Notes under the pieces: model-generated | What the model saw: only the letters and a program-made list of their open reading frames with translations | The model's database searches: none | What the model was told of the DNA's origin: nothing | From: a virus | Strand: one strand, 5' to 3' | DNA length: 39,491 nucleotides | UHGV virus genome: UHGV-0344222 | Program-made: the position numbers and the translations under genes | In this document: one piece after another, positions 1 to 9,067 of the stretch | Numbering within the stretch: position 1 is the stretch's first letter | Layout: each line of letters opens with the position of its first letter

Positions 1-148
1 AACTTCAAGTTTCGTGGAATTGACCAAGTCTATAACGCACTGGCTCCGGCGCTGGTTAATCACGGACTTCTTATCCTCCCCCGCATCACTGAGCGCACCG
101 TAACCGAGCGCACGACCCCAAAAGGCACTGTCCTGTTCTAGGTGGTGG
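1..148. repeat. Inverted duplicate of an internal segment of the ERF-like gene; reverse complement of about 324-473 with one mismatch
   Basis: Plus strand 1-143 translates to NFKFRGIDQVYNALAPALVNHGLLILPRITERTVTERTTPKGTVLF then TAG, the same peptide encoded on the minus strand at 324-473; the mismatch turns a Tyr codon into TAG. Repeat is cut by the window edge. Confidence 0.85.
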
Positions 149-566
149 TTACATCAATCGCTGTTTCTTCTGTCGGGATGCAGAACGCCTGAAACGCTGC
201 GTATTTGTAGGCAATCGACATGGCCTTGTTCGTTGCCTTGTCGCCGCTATCCATCGCTTCGCCGTATGTCACAACCGTGTGAACGCTGCCGTCCTTTGTG
301 CTCACAAAGTCGAACTCTGCTTTAACCACCACATAGAACAGGACAGTGCCTTTTGGGGTCGTGCGCTCGGTTACGGTGCGCTCAGTGATGCGGGGGAGGA
401 TAAGAAGTCCGTGATTAACCAGCGCCGGAGCCAGTGCGTTATAGACTTGGTCAATTCCACGAAACTTGAAGTTTTGCTGTGTGTTCGTCCTGTCCTTGCT
501 TATGCCGGTAGTCGCCATTTCCTTGGCTACTGCGCTGATTGCCTGATAAACAAGCTTATCTGTCAT
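138..566 (-). CDS. ERF-family single-strand annealing (recombination) protein, putative
   Basis: Motifs resemble P22 Erf as I recall it (NFKFRGID...; ...AYKYAAFQAFCI). ATG at 566 overlaps the upstream stop (ATGA); the longest ORF extends to a GTG at 593. Confidence 0.55.
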   Translation of the reverse strand: MTDKLVYQAISAVAKEMATTGISKDRTNTQQNFKFRGIDQVYNALAPALVNHGLLILPRITERTVTERTTPKGTVLFYVVVKAEFDFVSTKDGSVHTVVTYGEAMDSGDKATNKAMSIAYKYAAFQAFCIPTEETAIDVTTT

Positions 567-706
567 GAGTAATTCCCCGCGAACTCTTGCCACGTGATTG
601 GCTGATTCATTCGTTCAGCCGCTAGGTTAATTTGCTGCTCTACCTCTTCTTCAATTTCAGGAGAAATGAGAGCGATGAAATCGTCGTCTTCTAATTCATG
701 CAGCAT
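563..706 (-). CDS. Small strongly acidic hypothetical protein (47 aa from internal ATG; longest ORF 563-817)
   Basis: ORF track 563..817; plausible start MLHELEDDD...; stop overlaps the ERF-like start. No strong SD seen. Confidence 0.3.
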   Translation of the reverse strand: MLHELEDDDFIALISPEIEEEVEQQINLAAERMNQPITWQEFAGNYS

Positions 707-884
707 GTTTTTTGTTCCAGTCGTCGTCCTGAATATCATTCCATCCCATCGCGATTTCCCACGCCCATTCATAGGCTGAGTGGCGTCCTTCATCCGTATC
801 CGGGAATGCAGCTTCATAGAGCTTGTTGAACTCGCGGTTACCTTGTTGAACCAGAATGGTTCCGTTAACTGGCAAAATAGTCAT
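696..884 (-). CDS. Hypothetical early-left operon protein (62 aa)
   Basis: ORF track 696..1001 begins with TTG; in-frame ATG at 884 with GGAG about 11 nt upstream gives MTILPVNGT... Confidence 0.35.
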   Translation of the reverse strand: MTILPVNGTILVQQGNREFNKLYEAAFPDTDEGRHSAYEWAWEIAMGWNDIQDDDWNKKHAA

Positions 885-1085
885 AACGCGGCACTCCGGG
901 TTGAGAGAGGATGTCGGCCAGCTTTTTCCAGCCAGTGCGTAACTTGCGTGTGATGCGATCGAGAAGTGATTCAGAGCAGCCCACAACAGGCCACCCTGCA
1001 AAAGCGAACTGTTGCATGGTGTTATCCTTGGTTAATTGGCATAGCGAAAAGGCCGCGCTAATAAGCAGCCTTGTTGATATGCAGG

Positions 1086-1110
1086 CGAAAAAAAGCCCTC
1101 CGTAGAGGGC
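1086..1110 (-). terminator. Rho-independent terminator candidate in the early-left operon
   Basis: GCCCTC-CGTA-GAGGGC hairpin (1095-1110) followed on the minus strand by a 7-T run (plus-strand A-run 1088-1094). Confidence 0.55.
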
Positions 1111-1223
1111 GAACAGACAACAAGGGTTATTTCTCCATTTAACCAGAACAGGTCTTCGTCTCCTGTCTTGGTTATGATGCGGATTGCATCAGATAACCGA
1201 CTCTATGAATCGGCTATCGGCTG

Positions 1224-1469
1224 CTATTCAGCACTTTCAGCGAAGTCCTCGATTAGCTCATCCAGGCAATCGTCAGTCATGGCATCCATTCCCTGTGCTC
1301 GCTGCATGACTTCAATCGCATCGTCTGGTGAGAGGTCAACTGCAACCAGAAACTCAGCAACGGCAAGCTTTGCAACGTAATATTCATTCTCCTGCATGCA
1401 CTGGCTGAACACTGCGCTTACTGCACTTGTTAACCTGATCATCAGGTCATTGTTATCGCAACCTTCCAT
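1224..1469 (-). CDS. Strongly acidic 81-aa hypothetical protein
   Basis: ORF MEGCDNND...DDCLDELIEDFAESAE; 19 Asp/Glu versus 3 Arg/Lys by my count; ATG immediately follows the upstream stop. Confidence 0.5.
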   Translation of the reverse strand: MEGCDNNDLMIRLTSAVSAVFSQCMQENEYYVAKLAVAEFLVAVDLSPDDAIEVMQRAQGMDAMTDDCLDELIEDFAESAE

Positions 1470-1631
1470 TCACTCCTCCTCGCCGATGGCTTTAGCTTGC
1501 GAGCATTCATCATCAATGTCATAAATGTCGTGATAGCATTCGTGGCACAGCTCTTCATTGCCATCGCCACTGTAAACGGCAACCGCAGCAACCCCTTTGC
1601 CGCATACGTCGCATTCGACTTCCTCATCCAT
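1470..1631 (-). CDS. 53-aa CxxC...CxxC zinc-ribbon-like small protein (below the ORF-track cutoff)
   Basis: Manual translation of the minus strand: MDEEVECDVCGKGVAAVAVYSGDGNEELCHECYHDIYDIDDECSQAKAIGEEE; stop directly abuts the next ATG. Confidence 0.4.
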   Translation of the reverse strand: MDEEVECDVCGKGVAAVAVYSGDGNEELCHECYHDIYDIDDECSQAKAIGEEE

Positions 1632-1673
1632 ATCTCATCTCAGATAAGTGGCTTGCCCAAAAAGAAAGGCCGA

Positions 1674-1868
1674 CTATGCGGCCTTTAGTTTTTCCAGTTC
1701 TCTTTCAATCATTGCGGTGGTTCTTATTGCCCATTTATCGACATATTTCCCATCCTCCATTACAAGAAACATTTCATCAGGCTTAATCATGCATTCCGAT
1801 TGAAGCTGGCATCCATTGCATCGTTTGAATTGTCCACACCATTGATTTTTATCAATAGTCGTAGTCAT
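1674..1868 (-). CDS. ral: Ral restriction-alleviation protein
   Basis: MTTTIDKNQWCGQFKRCNGC... matches lambda Ral as I recall it; position between N/sieB and the early-left genes. Confidence 0.85.
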   Translation of the reverse strand: MTTTIDKNQWCGQFKRCNGCQLQSECMIKPDEMFLVMEDGKYVDKWAIRTTAMIERELEKLKAA

Positions 1869-2062
1869 ACGGATAGTCCTGGTACTGTTCCATTACATCC
1901 TGCGGATGCTCTTCGAACTCTTCAAATTCTTCTTCCATATATCACCTTAAATAGTGGATTGCGGTAGTAAAGATTGTGCCTGTCTTTTAACCACATCAGG
2001 CTCGGTGGTTCTCGTGTACCCCTACAGCGAGAAATCGGATAAACTATTACAACCCCTACAGT

Positions 2063-2617
2063 TTGATGAGTATAGAAATGGATCCACTCGTTATTCTCGG
2101 ACGAGTGTTCAGTAATGAACCTCTGGAGAGAACCATGTATATGATCGTTATCTGGGTTGGACTTCTGCTTTTAAGCCCAGATAACTGGCCTGAATATGTT
2201 AATGAGAGAATCGGTATTCCTCATGTGTGGCATGTTTTCGTCTTTGCTCTTGCATTTTCGCTAGCAATTAATGTGCATCGATTATCAGCTATTGCCAGCG
2301 CCAGATATAAGCGATTTAAGCTAAGAAAACGCATTAAGATGCAAAACGATAAAGTGCGATCAGTAATTCAAAACCTTACAGAAGAGCAATCTATGGTTTT
2401 GTGCGCAGCCCTTAATGAAGGCAGGAAGTATGTGGTTACATCAAAACAATTCCCATACATTAGTGAGTTGATTGAGCTTGGTGTGTTGAACAAAACTTTT
2501 TCCCGATGGAACGGGAAGCATATATTATTCCCTATTGAGGATATTTACTGGACTGAATTAGTTGCCAGCTATGATCCATATAATATTGAGATAAAGCCAA
2601 GGCCAATATCTAAGTAA
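2063..2617 (+). CDS. sieB: SieB superinfection-exclusion (abortive infection) membrane protein
   Basis: 184-aa ORF with hydrophobic N-terminal segments, convergent with and abutting N, as sieB is in lambda. Confidence 0.65.
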   Translation: MMSIEMDPLVILGRVFSNEPLERTMYMIVIWVGLLLLSPDNWPEYVNERIGIPHVWHVFVFALAFSLAINVHRLSAIASARYKRFKLRKRIKMQNDKVRSVIQNLTEEQSMVLCAALNEGRKYVVTSKQFPYISELIELGVLNKTFSRWNGKHILFPIEDIYWTELVASYDPYNIEIKPRPISK

Positions 2618-2941
2618 CTAGGTAAGAGGAATCGATTTTCCCTTAATTTTCTGGCGTCCACTGCATGTTATGCCGCGTTCGCCAGGCTTGCTGTACCATG
2701 TGCGCTGATTCTTGCGCTCAATACGTTGCAGGTTGCTTTCAATCTGTTTGTGGTATTCAGCCAGCACTGTAAGGTCTATCGGATTTAGTGCGCTTTCTAC
2801 TCGTGATTTCGGTTTGCGATTCAGCGAGAGAATAGGGCGGTTAACTGGTTTTGCGCTTACCCCAACCAACAGGGGATTTGCTGCTTTCCATTGAGCCTGT
2901 TTCTCTGCGCGACGTTCGCGGCGGCGTGTTTGTGCATCCAT
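2618..2941 (-). CDS. N: Antitermination protein N
   Basis: From the ATG at 2941 the protein reads MDAQTRRRERRAEKQAQWKAANPLLVGVSAKPVNRPILS..., matching lambda N (107 aa); the ORF track extends further upstream. Confidence 0.92.
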   Translation of the reverse strand: MDAQTRRRERRAEKQAQWKAANPLLVGVSAKPVNRPILSLNRKPKSRVESALNPIDLTVLAEYHKQIESNLQRIERKNQRTWYSKPGERGITCSGRQKIKGKSIPLT

Positions 2942-3051
2942 CTGGATTCTCCTGCCAGTTAGCTTTGAGTAACGCGCCGTGATGCTTATCTCCACGGTTG
3001 CTGTCTTGCAGCTGCATTTCGCGCTACTCAAAGCCTTCTGCTTTGAATGCT

Positions 3052-3083
3052 GCCCTTCTTCAGGGCTAAATTTTTAAGAGCGT
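3052..3083 (-). promoter_or_regulatory. nutL (boxA CGCTCTTA and boxB GCCCTGAAGAAGGGC on the minus strand)
   Basis: Reverse complement of 3052-3083 gives boxA/boxB upstream of N. Confidence 0.8.
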
Positions 3084-3121
3084 CACCTTCATGGTGGTCA
3101 GTGCGTCCTGCTGATGTGCTT

Positions 3122-3185
3122 AGTATCACCGCTAGTGGTATTTATGTCAACACCGCCAGAGATAATTTATCACCGCAGATGGTTA
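3122..3185 (-). promoter_or_regulatory. pL promoter with operators OL1 (3124-3140), OL2 (3148-3164), OL3 (3169-3185)
   Basis: 17-bp operators recognisable; -35 TTGACA (rc of 3145-3150) and -10 GATACT (rc of 3122-3127). OL1 has one substitution versus reference lambda. Confidence 0.85.
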
Positions 3186-3340
3186 TCTGTATGTTTTTTA
3201 TATAGATTTATTTTTTGCAGGGTTGTGTGGATTGGGAAGGTGATCGAGAGATCTGAATTGCGATGTTTAGTGAGTTGTATCTATTAATTTCCAAATAAAT
3301 ACAATTGGTTATGTGTTCTTGGGTGAGGGGGATCGTGAGG

Positions 3341-3367
3341 CAAAGAAAACCCGGCTCTGTGGCCGGG
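3341..3367 (-). terminator. Rho-independent terminator downstream of the cI operon (t-imm-like)
   Basis: CCCGGC-TCTGTG-GCCGGG hairpin followed on the minus strand by a T-rich run, directly after the stop of the 3376..4137 gene. Confidence 0.6.
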
Positions 3368-3375
3368 AATAACAT

Positions 3376-4137
3376 TTAGGAATCAAGGTCAGGTAGCATG
3401 ATTTTCTCAATCAACGTCAATGCCCTTTGGTCTCGTTCAGCAAAATATTTAGGAGCGTACTGAGGCAGCCACACTTCGTTGAAGTGTTGTTTGAAATCTG
3501 CAAGATATTCGTTTGGGTATAGACGTACCGGGAATGTCCGGCCATCTGGGTACTCATGGTTATATGTTGGGAATGTCTTCGGCTCAACCCCCCGGTTGTC
3601 ACGGAGCCATTGCGAGAAAACCCTACCCTCTGAAATATCAGGGACCATTTTTTCTGGCAGCGTATATCCGGCCTGTTCAAGTGGCGCAACCAAGTTAAAC
3701 GTCAGTTCATTAAGCATAGAAAAGTGCGTATGAGGAACTCTGCCTCGGTTTGTCATATACCGCTTAAGGTGGATAGGGAGTTCGGCAGGCGCTCTTTCAC
3801 CTGACATCCACTCACGCACCCATCTCGATACTTGCACTGCAAATTTTGGAGATAGCCACTGAGCTAAATTAATTGCGATGTCTGGATGAACCCAAGTCCC
3901 TTGATTCTCTGCTCTTCCGCCTTTAAATGATTGAATTAACTCCGATATGGGAATCCCCATATCGCGTGATAATTCATCAAAAAAATCTTGTGTTGTTTTT
4001 AGTCGTGTATAGTCAGCAAGTAGCTTCCCCGCAGACTTGCACATCGCGGTGGCATTGATGTATCCGTCTTTGGTGCGAAGATGGATGACTTCTCCATCAA
4101 CTTCTCTAGCGATTAATGCAAGTTGAAACTGTGTCAT
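3376..4137 (-). CDS. KilA-N domain protein at the rexAB-equivalent locus (BstA-like abortive-infection candidate)
   Basis: 253 aa; N-terminal KilA-N-type motifs (DGYINAT..., GTWVHPDIAINLAQWLSPKFAVQVSRWV); starts 31 bp after the cI stop, same strand, ends at the t-imm-like terminator. Confidence 0.75.
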   Translation of the reverse strand: MTQFQLALIAREVDGEVIHLRTKDGYINATAMCKSAGKLLADYTRLKTTQDFFDELSRDMGIPISELIQSFKGGRAENQGTWVHPDIAINLAQWLSPKFAVQVSRWVREWMSGERAPAELPIHLKRYMTNRGRVPHTHFSMLNELTFNLVAPLEQAGYTLPEKMVPDISEGRVFSQWLRDNRGVEPKTFPTYNHEYPDGRTFPVRLYPNEYLADFKQHFNEVWLPQYAPKYFAERDQRALTLIEKIMLPDLDS

Positions 4138-4168
4138 AAATCATCCTATTACGTGAAAAATAAAACAA

Positions 4169-4885
<717 letters not shown>

Positions 4886-4892
4886 TTAAATC

Positions 4893-4957
4893 TATCACCG
4901 CAAGGGATAAATATCCAACACCGTGCGTGTTGACTATTTTACCTCTAGCGGTGATAA
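4893..4957. promoter_or_regulatory. OR3 (4893-4909), OR2 (4917-4933), OR1 (4940-4956) with pR (-35 TTGACT 4930-4935, -10 GATAAT 4952-4957) and divergent pRM
   Basis: Operators and promoter hexamers read directly; OR1 and OR2 each differ from reference lambda at one base. Confidence 0.9.
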
Positions 4958-4973
4958 TGGTTGCATGTACTAA

Positions 4974-5183
<210 letters not shown>

Positions 5184-5190
5184 ATAACCC

Positions 5191-5222
5191 CGCTCTTACA
5201 CATCCCAGCCCTGAAAAAGGGC
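5191..5222 (+). promoter_or_regulatory. nutR (boxA CGCTCTTA 5191-5198; boxB GCCCTGAAAAAGGGC 5208-5222)
   Basis: Direct sequence match to the lambda nut consensus downstream of cro. Confidence 0.85.
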
Positions 5223-5301
5223 ATCAAATTAAACCACACCTATGGTGTATGCATTTATTTGCATACATTCAATCAATTGTTATCTAAGGAAATACTTACA
5301 T

Positions 5302-5595
5302 ATGGTTCGTGCAAACAAACGCAACGAGGCTCTACGAATCGAGAGTGCGTTGCTTAACAAAATCGCAATGCTTGGAACTGAGAAGACAGCGGAAGCTGTA
5401 GGAGTTGATAAGTCGCAGATCAGCAGGTGGAAGAGGGACTGGATTCCAAAGTTCTCAATGCTGCTTGCTGTTCTTGAATGGGGTGTCGTTGACGACGACA
5501 TGGCTCGATTGGCACGACAAGTTGCTGCGATTCTCACCAATAAAAAACGCCCGGCGGCAACCGAGCGTTCTGAACAAATCCAGATGGAGTTCTGA
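5302..5595 (+). CDS. cII: cII transcriptional activator
   Basis: MVRANKRNEALRIESALLNKIAMLGTEKTAEAVGVDKSQISRWKRDW... (97 aa) from the ATG at 5302; the ORF track starts upstream. Confidence 0.95.
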   Translation: MVRANKRNEALRIESALLNKIAMLGTEKTAEAVGVDKSQISRWKRDWIPKFSMLLAVLEWGVVDDDMARLARQVAAILTNKKRPAATERSEQIQMEF

Positions 5596-5625
5596 GGTCA
5601 TTACTGGATCAATCTACAGGAGTCA
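5542..5625 (-). ncRNA. oop: oop-like antisense RNA with its terminator (approximate)
   Basis: Minus-strand hairpin CGCUCGG/CCGGGCG followed by T6 (plus 5542-5571), inside the cII 3' end as for lambda oop; 5' end not determined. Confidence 0.45.
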
Positions 5626-5627
5626 TT

Positions 5628-6527
5628 ATGACAAATACAGCAAAAATACTCAACTTCTGCAGAGGTAACTTTGCCGGACAGGAGCGTAATGTGGCAGATC
5701 TCGATGATGGTTACGCCAGACTATCAAATATGCTGCTTGAGGCTTATTCGGGCGCAGATCTGACCAAGCGACAGTTTAAAGTGCTGCTTGCCATTCTGCG
5801 TAAAACCTATGGGTGGAATAAACCAATGGACAGAATCACCGATTCTCAACTTAGCGAGATTACAAAGTTACCCGTCAAACGGTGCAATGAAGCCAAGTTA
5901 GAACTCGTCAGAATGAATATTATCAAGCAGCAAGGCGGCATGTTTGGACCAAATAAAAACATCTCAGAATGGTGTATCCCTCAAAACGAGGGAAAATCCC
6001 CTAAAACGAGGGATAAAACATCCCTCAAATTGGGGGATTGCTATCCCTCAAAACAGGGGGACACAAAAGACACTATTACAAAAGAAAAAAGAAAAGATTA
6101 TTCGTCAGAGAATTCTGGCGAATCCTCTGACCAGCCAGAAAACGATCTTTCTGTGGTGAAACCGGATGCTGCAATTCAGAGCGGCAGCAAGTGGGGGACA
6201 GCAGAAGACCTGACCGCCGCAGAGTGGATGTTTGACATGGTGAAGACCATCGCGCCATCAGCCAGAAAACCGAATTTTGCTGGGTGGGCTAACGATATCC
6301 GCCTGATGCGTGAACGTGACGGACGTAACCACCGCGACATGTGCGTGCTGTTCCGCTGGGCATGCCAGGACAACTTCTGGTCCGGTAACGTGCTGAGCCC
6401 GGCCAAACTCCGCGACAAGTGGACCCAGCTCGAAATCAACCGTAACAAGCAACAGGCAGTCGTGACAGCCAGCAAACCAAAACTCGACCTGACAAACACA
6501 GACTGGATTTACGGGGTGGATCTATGA
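5628..6527 (+). CDS. O: Replication initiator O
   Basis: 299 aa, matches lambda O as I recall it; contains the iterons. Confidence 0.97.
   Translation: MTNTAKILNFCRGNFAGQERNVADLDDGYARLSNMLLEAYSGADLTKRQFKVLLAILRKTYGWNKPMDRITDSQLSEITKLPVKRCNEAKLELVRMNIIKQQGGMFGPNKNISEWCIPQNEGKSPKTRDKTSLKLGDCYPSKQGDTKDTITKEKRKDYSSENSGESSDQPENDLSVVKPDAAIQSGSKWGTAEDLTAAEWMFDMVKTIAPSARKPNFAGWANDIRLMRERDGRNHRDMCVLFRWACQDNFWSGNVLSPAKLRDKWTQLEINRNKQQAVVTASKPKLDLTNTDWIYGVDL
5975..6110. other. Origin of replication (ori-lambda type): four iterons plus an AT-rich stretch inside O
   Basis: Repeated TCCCTCAAAACGAGGGA-like units at about 5975-6062, then AAAAGAAAAAAGAAAAG. Confidence 0.85.
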
Positions 6528-7225
6528 AAAACATCGCCGCACAGATGGTTAACTTTGACCGTGAGCAGATGCGTCGGATCGCCAACAACATGCCGGAACA
6601 GTACGATGAAAAGCCGCAGGTACAGCAGGTAGCGCAGATCATCAACGGTGTGTTCAGCCAGTTACTGGCAACTTTCCCGGCGAGCCTGGCTAACCGTGAC
6701 CAGAACGAAGTGAACGAAATCCGTCGCCAGTGGGTTCTGGCTTTTCGGGAAAACGGGATCACCACGATGGAACAGGTTAACGCAGGAATGCGCGTAGCCC
6801 GTCGGCAGAATCGACCATTTCTGCCATCACCCGGGCAGTTTGTTGCATGGTGCCGGGAAGAAGCATCCGTTATCGCCGGACTGCCAAACGTCAGCGAGCT
6901 GGTTGATATGGTTTACGAGTATTGCCGGAAGCGAGGCCTGTATCCGGATGCGGAGTCTTATCCGTGGAAATCAAACGCGCACTACTGGCTGATTACCAAC
7001 CTGTATCAGAACATGCGGGCCAATGCGCTTACTGATGCGGAATTACGCCGTAAGGCCGCAGATGAGCTTGTCCATATGACTGCGAGAATTAACCGTGGTG
7101 AGGCGATCCCTGAACCAGTAAAACAACTTCCTGTCATGGGCGGTAGACCTCTAAATCGTGCACAGGCTCTGGCGAAGATCGCAGAAATCAAAGCTAAGTT
7201 CGGACTGAAAGGAGCAAGTGTATGA
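6524..7225 (+). CDS. P: Replication protein P (helicase loader)
   Basis: 233 aa, lambda P-like; start overlaps the O stop. Confidence 0.97.
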   Translation: MKNIAAQMVNFDREQMRRIANNMPEQYDEKPQVQQVAQIINGVFSQLLATFPASLANRDQNEVNEIRRQWVLAFRENGITTMEQVNAGMRVARRQNRPFLPSPGQFVAWCREEASVIAGLPNVSELVDMVYEYCRKRGLYPDAESYPWKSNAHYWLITNLYQNMRANALTDAELRRKAADELVHMTARINRGEAIPEPVKQLPVMGGRPLNRAQALAKIAEIKAKFGLKGASV

Positions 7226-7512
7226 CGGGCAAAGAGGCAATTATTCATTACCTGGGGACGCATAATAGCTTCTGTGCGCCGGACGTTGCCGCGCTAACAG
7301 GCGCAACAGTAACCAGCATAAATCAGGCCGCGGCTAAAATGGCACGGGCAGGTCTTCTGGTTATCGAAGGTAAGGTCTGGCGAACGGTGTATTACCGGTT
7401 TGCTACTAGGGAAGAACGGGAAGGAAAGATGAGCACGAACCTGATTTTTAAGGAGTGTCGCCAGAGTGCCGCGATGAAACGGGTATTGGCGGTATATGGA
7501 GTTAAAAGATGA
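7222..7512 (+). CDS. ren: Ren exclusion protein
   Basis: 96 aa MTGKEAIIHYLGTHNSFCAPDVAALTG... Confidence 0.92.
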   Translation: MTGKEAIIHYLGTHNSFCAPDVAALTGATVTSINQAAAKMARAGLLVIEGKVWRTVYYRFATREEREGKMSTNLIFKECRQSAAMKRVLAVYGVKR

Positions 7513-7585
7513 CCATCTACATTACTGAGCTAATAACAGGCCTGCTGGTAATCGCAGGCCTTTTTATTTGGGGGAGAGGGAAGTC

Positions 7586-8026
7586 ATGAAAAAACTAACC
7601 TTTGAAATTCGATCTCCAGCACATCAGCAAAACGCTATTCACGCAGTACAGCAAATCCTTCCAGACCCAACCAAACCAATCGTAGTAACCATTCAGGAAC
7701 GCAACCGCAGCTTAGACCAAAACAGGAAGCTATGGGCCTGCTTAGGTGACGTCTCCCGTCAGGTTGAATGGCATGGTCGCTGGCTGGATGCAGAAAGCTG
7801 GAAGTGTGTGTTTACCGCAGCATTAAAGCAGCAGGATGTTGTTCCTAACCTTGCCGGGAATGGCTTTGTGGTAATAGGCCAGTCAACCAGCAGGATGCGT
7901 GTAGGCGAATTTGCGGAGCTATTAGAGCTTATACAGGCATTCGGTACAGAGCGTGGCGTTAAGTGGTCAGACGAAGCGAGACTGGCTCTGGAGTGGAAAG
8001 CGAGATGGGGAGATCGGGCTGCATGA
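7586..8026 (+). CDS. ninB: NinB (Orf-family recombination mediator)
   Basis: MKKLTFEIRSPAHQQNAIHAVQQILPDPTKP... from the ATG at 7586. Confidence 0.9.
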   Translation: MKKLTFEIRSPAHQQNAIHAVQQILPDPTKPIVVTIQERNRSLDQNRKLWACLGDVSRQVEWHGRWLDAESWKCVFTAALKQQDVVPNLAGNGFVVIGQSTSRMRVGEFAELLELIQAFGTERGVKWSDEARLALEWKARWGDRAA

Positions 8027-8550
8027 CTATCAAATCAAATACGCCAGCACACGACAAGGACTGCTGGCAAACGCCGCTTTGGCTTTTTGATGCACTGGAT
8101 ATTGAGTTTGGATTCTGGCTGGATTCGGCAGCGAGCGACAAAAATGCTCTGTGTGCTCACTGGCTAACTGAGGCCGACGACGCGCTCAATTCTGAGTGGG
8201 TAAGCCACGGTGCAATCTGGAATAACCCACCGTACAGCAATATCAGGCCGTGGGTGGAAAAAGCCGCTGAGCAGTGCAGACAACAGCGACAGACGGTAGT
8301 TATGCTTGTGCCAGAGGATATGTCAGTCGGATGGTTCAGCAAGGCTCTGGAGAGTGTCGACGAAGTTCGCATTATCACTGATGGACGGATTAATTTTATC
8401 GAACCATCGACAGGGCTGGAGAAGAAGGGAAACAGCAAAGGCTCCATGCTGCTGATTTGGCGACCGTTCATCAGTCCTCGACGGATGTTTACTACCGTAT
8501 CCAAAGCGGCATTGATGGCGATCGGGCAGGGCGTCAGGAGGGCGGCATGA
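8023..8550 (+). CDS. Phage-type DNA N6-adenine methyltransferase (orphan, no cognate nuclease seen)
   Basis: NPPY catalytic motif ([13 protein letters not shown]); ATGA overlap with the ninB stop; occupies the ninC/ninD position. Confidence 0.8.
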   Translation: MTIKSNTPAHDKDCWQTPLWLFDALDIEFGFWLDSAASDKNALCAHWLTEADDALNSEWVSHGAIWNNPPYSNIRPWVEKAAEQCRQQRQTVVMLVPEDMSVGWFSKALESVDEVRIITDGRINFIEPSTGLEKKGNSKGSMLLIWRPFISPRRMFTTVSKAALMAIGQGVRRAA

Positions 8551-8723
8551 GGCGACAGCGACGAAGTTTCACCGACATCATCTGCGAAAACTGCAAATAC
8601 CTTCCAACGAAACGCTCCAGAAATAAACGCAAGCCAATCCCAAAAGAATCTGACGTAAAAACCTTCAATTACACAGCTCACCTGTGGGATATCCGGTGGC
8701 TAAGATATCGTGCGAGGAAATGA
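8547..8723 (+). CDS. ninE: NinE
   Basis: [58 protein letters not shown]; ATGA overlap with the methyltransferase stop. Confidence 0.85.
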   Translation: MRRQRRSFTDIICENCKYLPTKRSRNKRKPIPKESDVKTFNYTAHLWDIRWLRYRARK

Positions 8724-8725
8724 CA

Positions 8726-9067
8726 ATGGATTATTCACAGTTAAGTGATTTTGAAATTAACAGAATGGTAGGAGACATAATTTTTAAAGGCCTTTGGGCA
8801 AGTAAACCGGAAACATCAGGGAATAACACCAACAAATGGTATTACGGAAATGCTGATACAACTTTTGAGCCATTAAATCATTTGCCTGACTACTGCAATG
8901 ATCCGAGCGCTTCATGGCCGATTATTGAGAAATACAGGATTTCTATCTTAGACCAGTTAACTGAATGGTGTGTGGATGCAAAAGGCGTAAGCCCAATATT
9001 TGATACCAGACCTCTCCGCGCCGCCATGATTGTCTTTCTCCTGATGCAGGAGGCCAATAATGCTTAG
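8726..9067 (+). CDS. Hypothetical nin-region protein (113 aa; alternative ATG at 8720)
   Basis: ORF with GAGG 7 nt upstream of the ATG at 8726; not a lambda nin gene that I recognise. Confidence 0.5.
   Translation: MDYSQLSDFEINRMVGDIIFKGLWASKPETSGNNTNKWYYGNADTTFEPLNHLPDYCNDPSASWPIIEKYRISILDQLTEWCVDAKGVSPIFDTRPLRAAMIVFLLMQEANNA

Noticed and set aside
1442-1688. ORF-track calls 1442-1627 (minus) and 1497-1688 (plus)
   Set aside because: Low-complexity or hydrophobic translations with no coupling signals; the overlapping minus-strand frame 1470-1631 gives a CxxC...CxxC protein whose stop abuts the next start.
3417-3733. Three ORFs overlapping the KilA-N gene (3417-3689 minus, 3479-3733 plus, 3513-3698 plus)
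   Set aside because: Alternative frames of a gene with clear domain motifs; no independent support.
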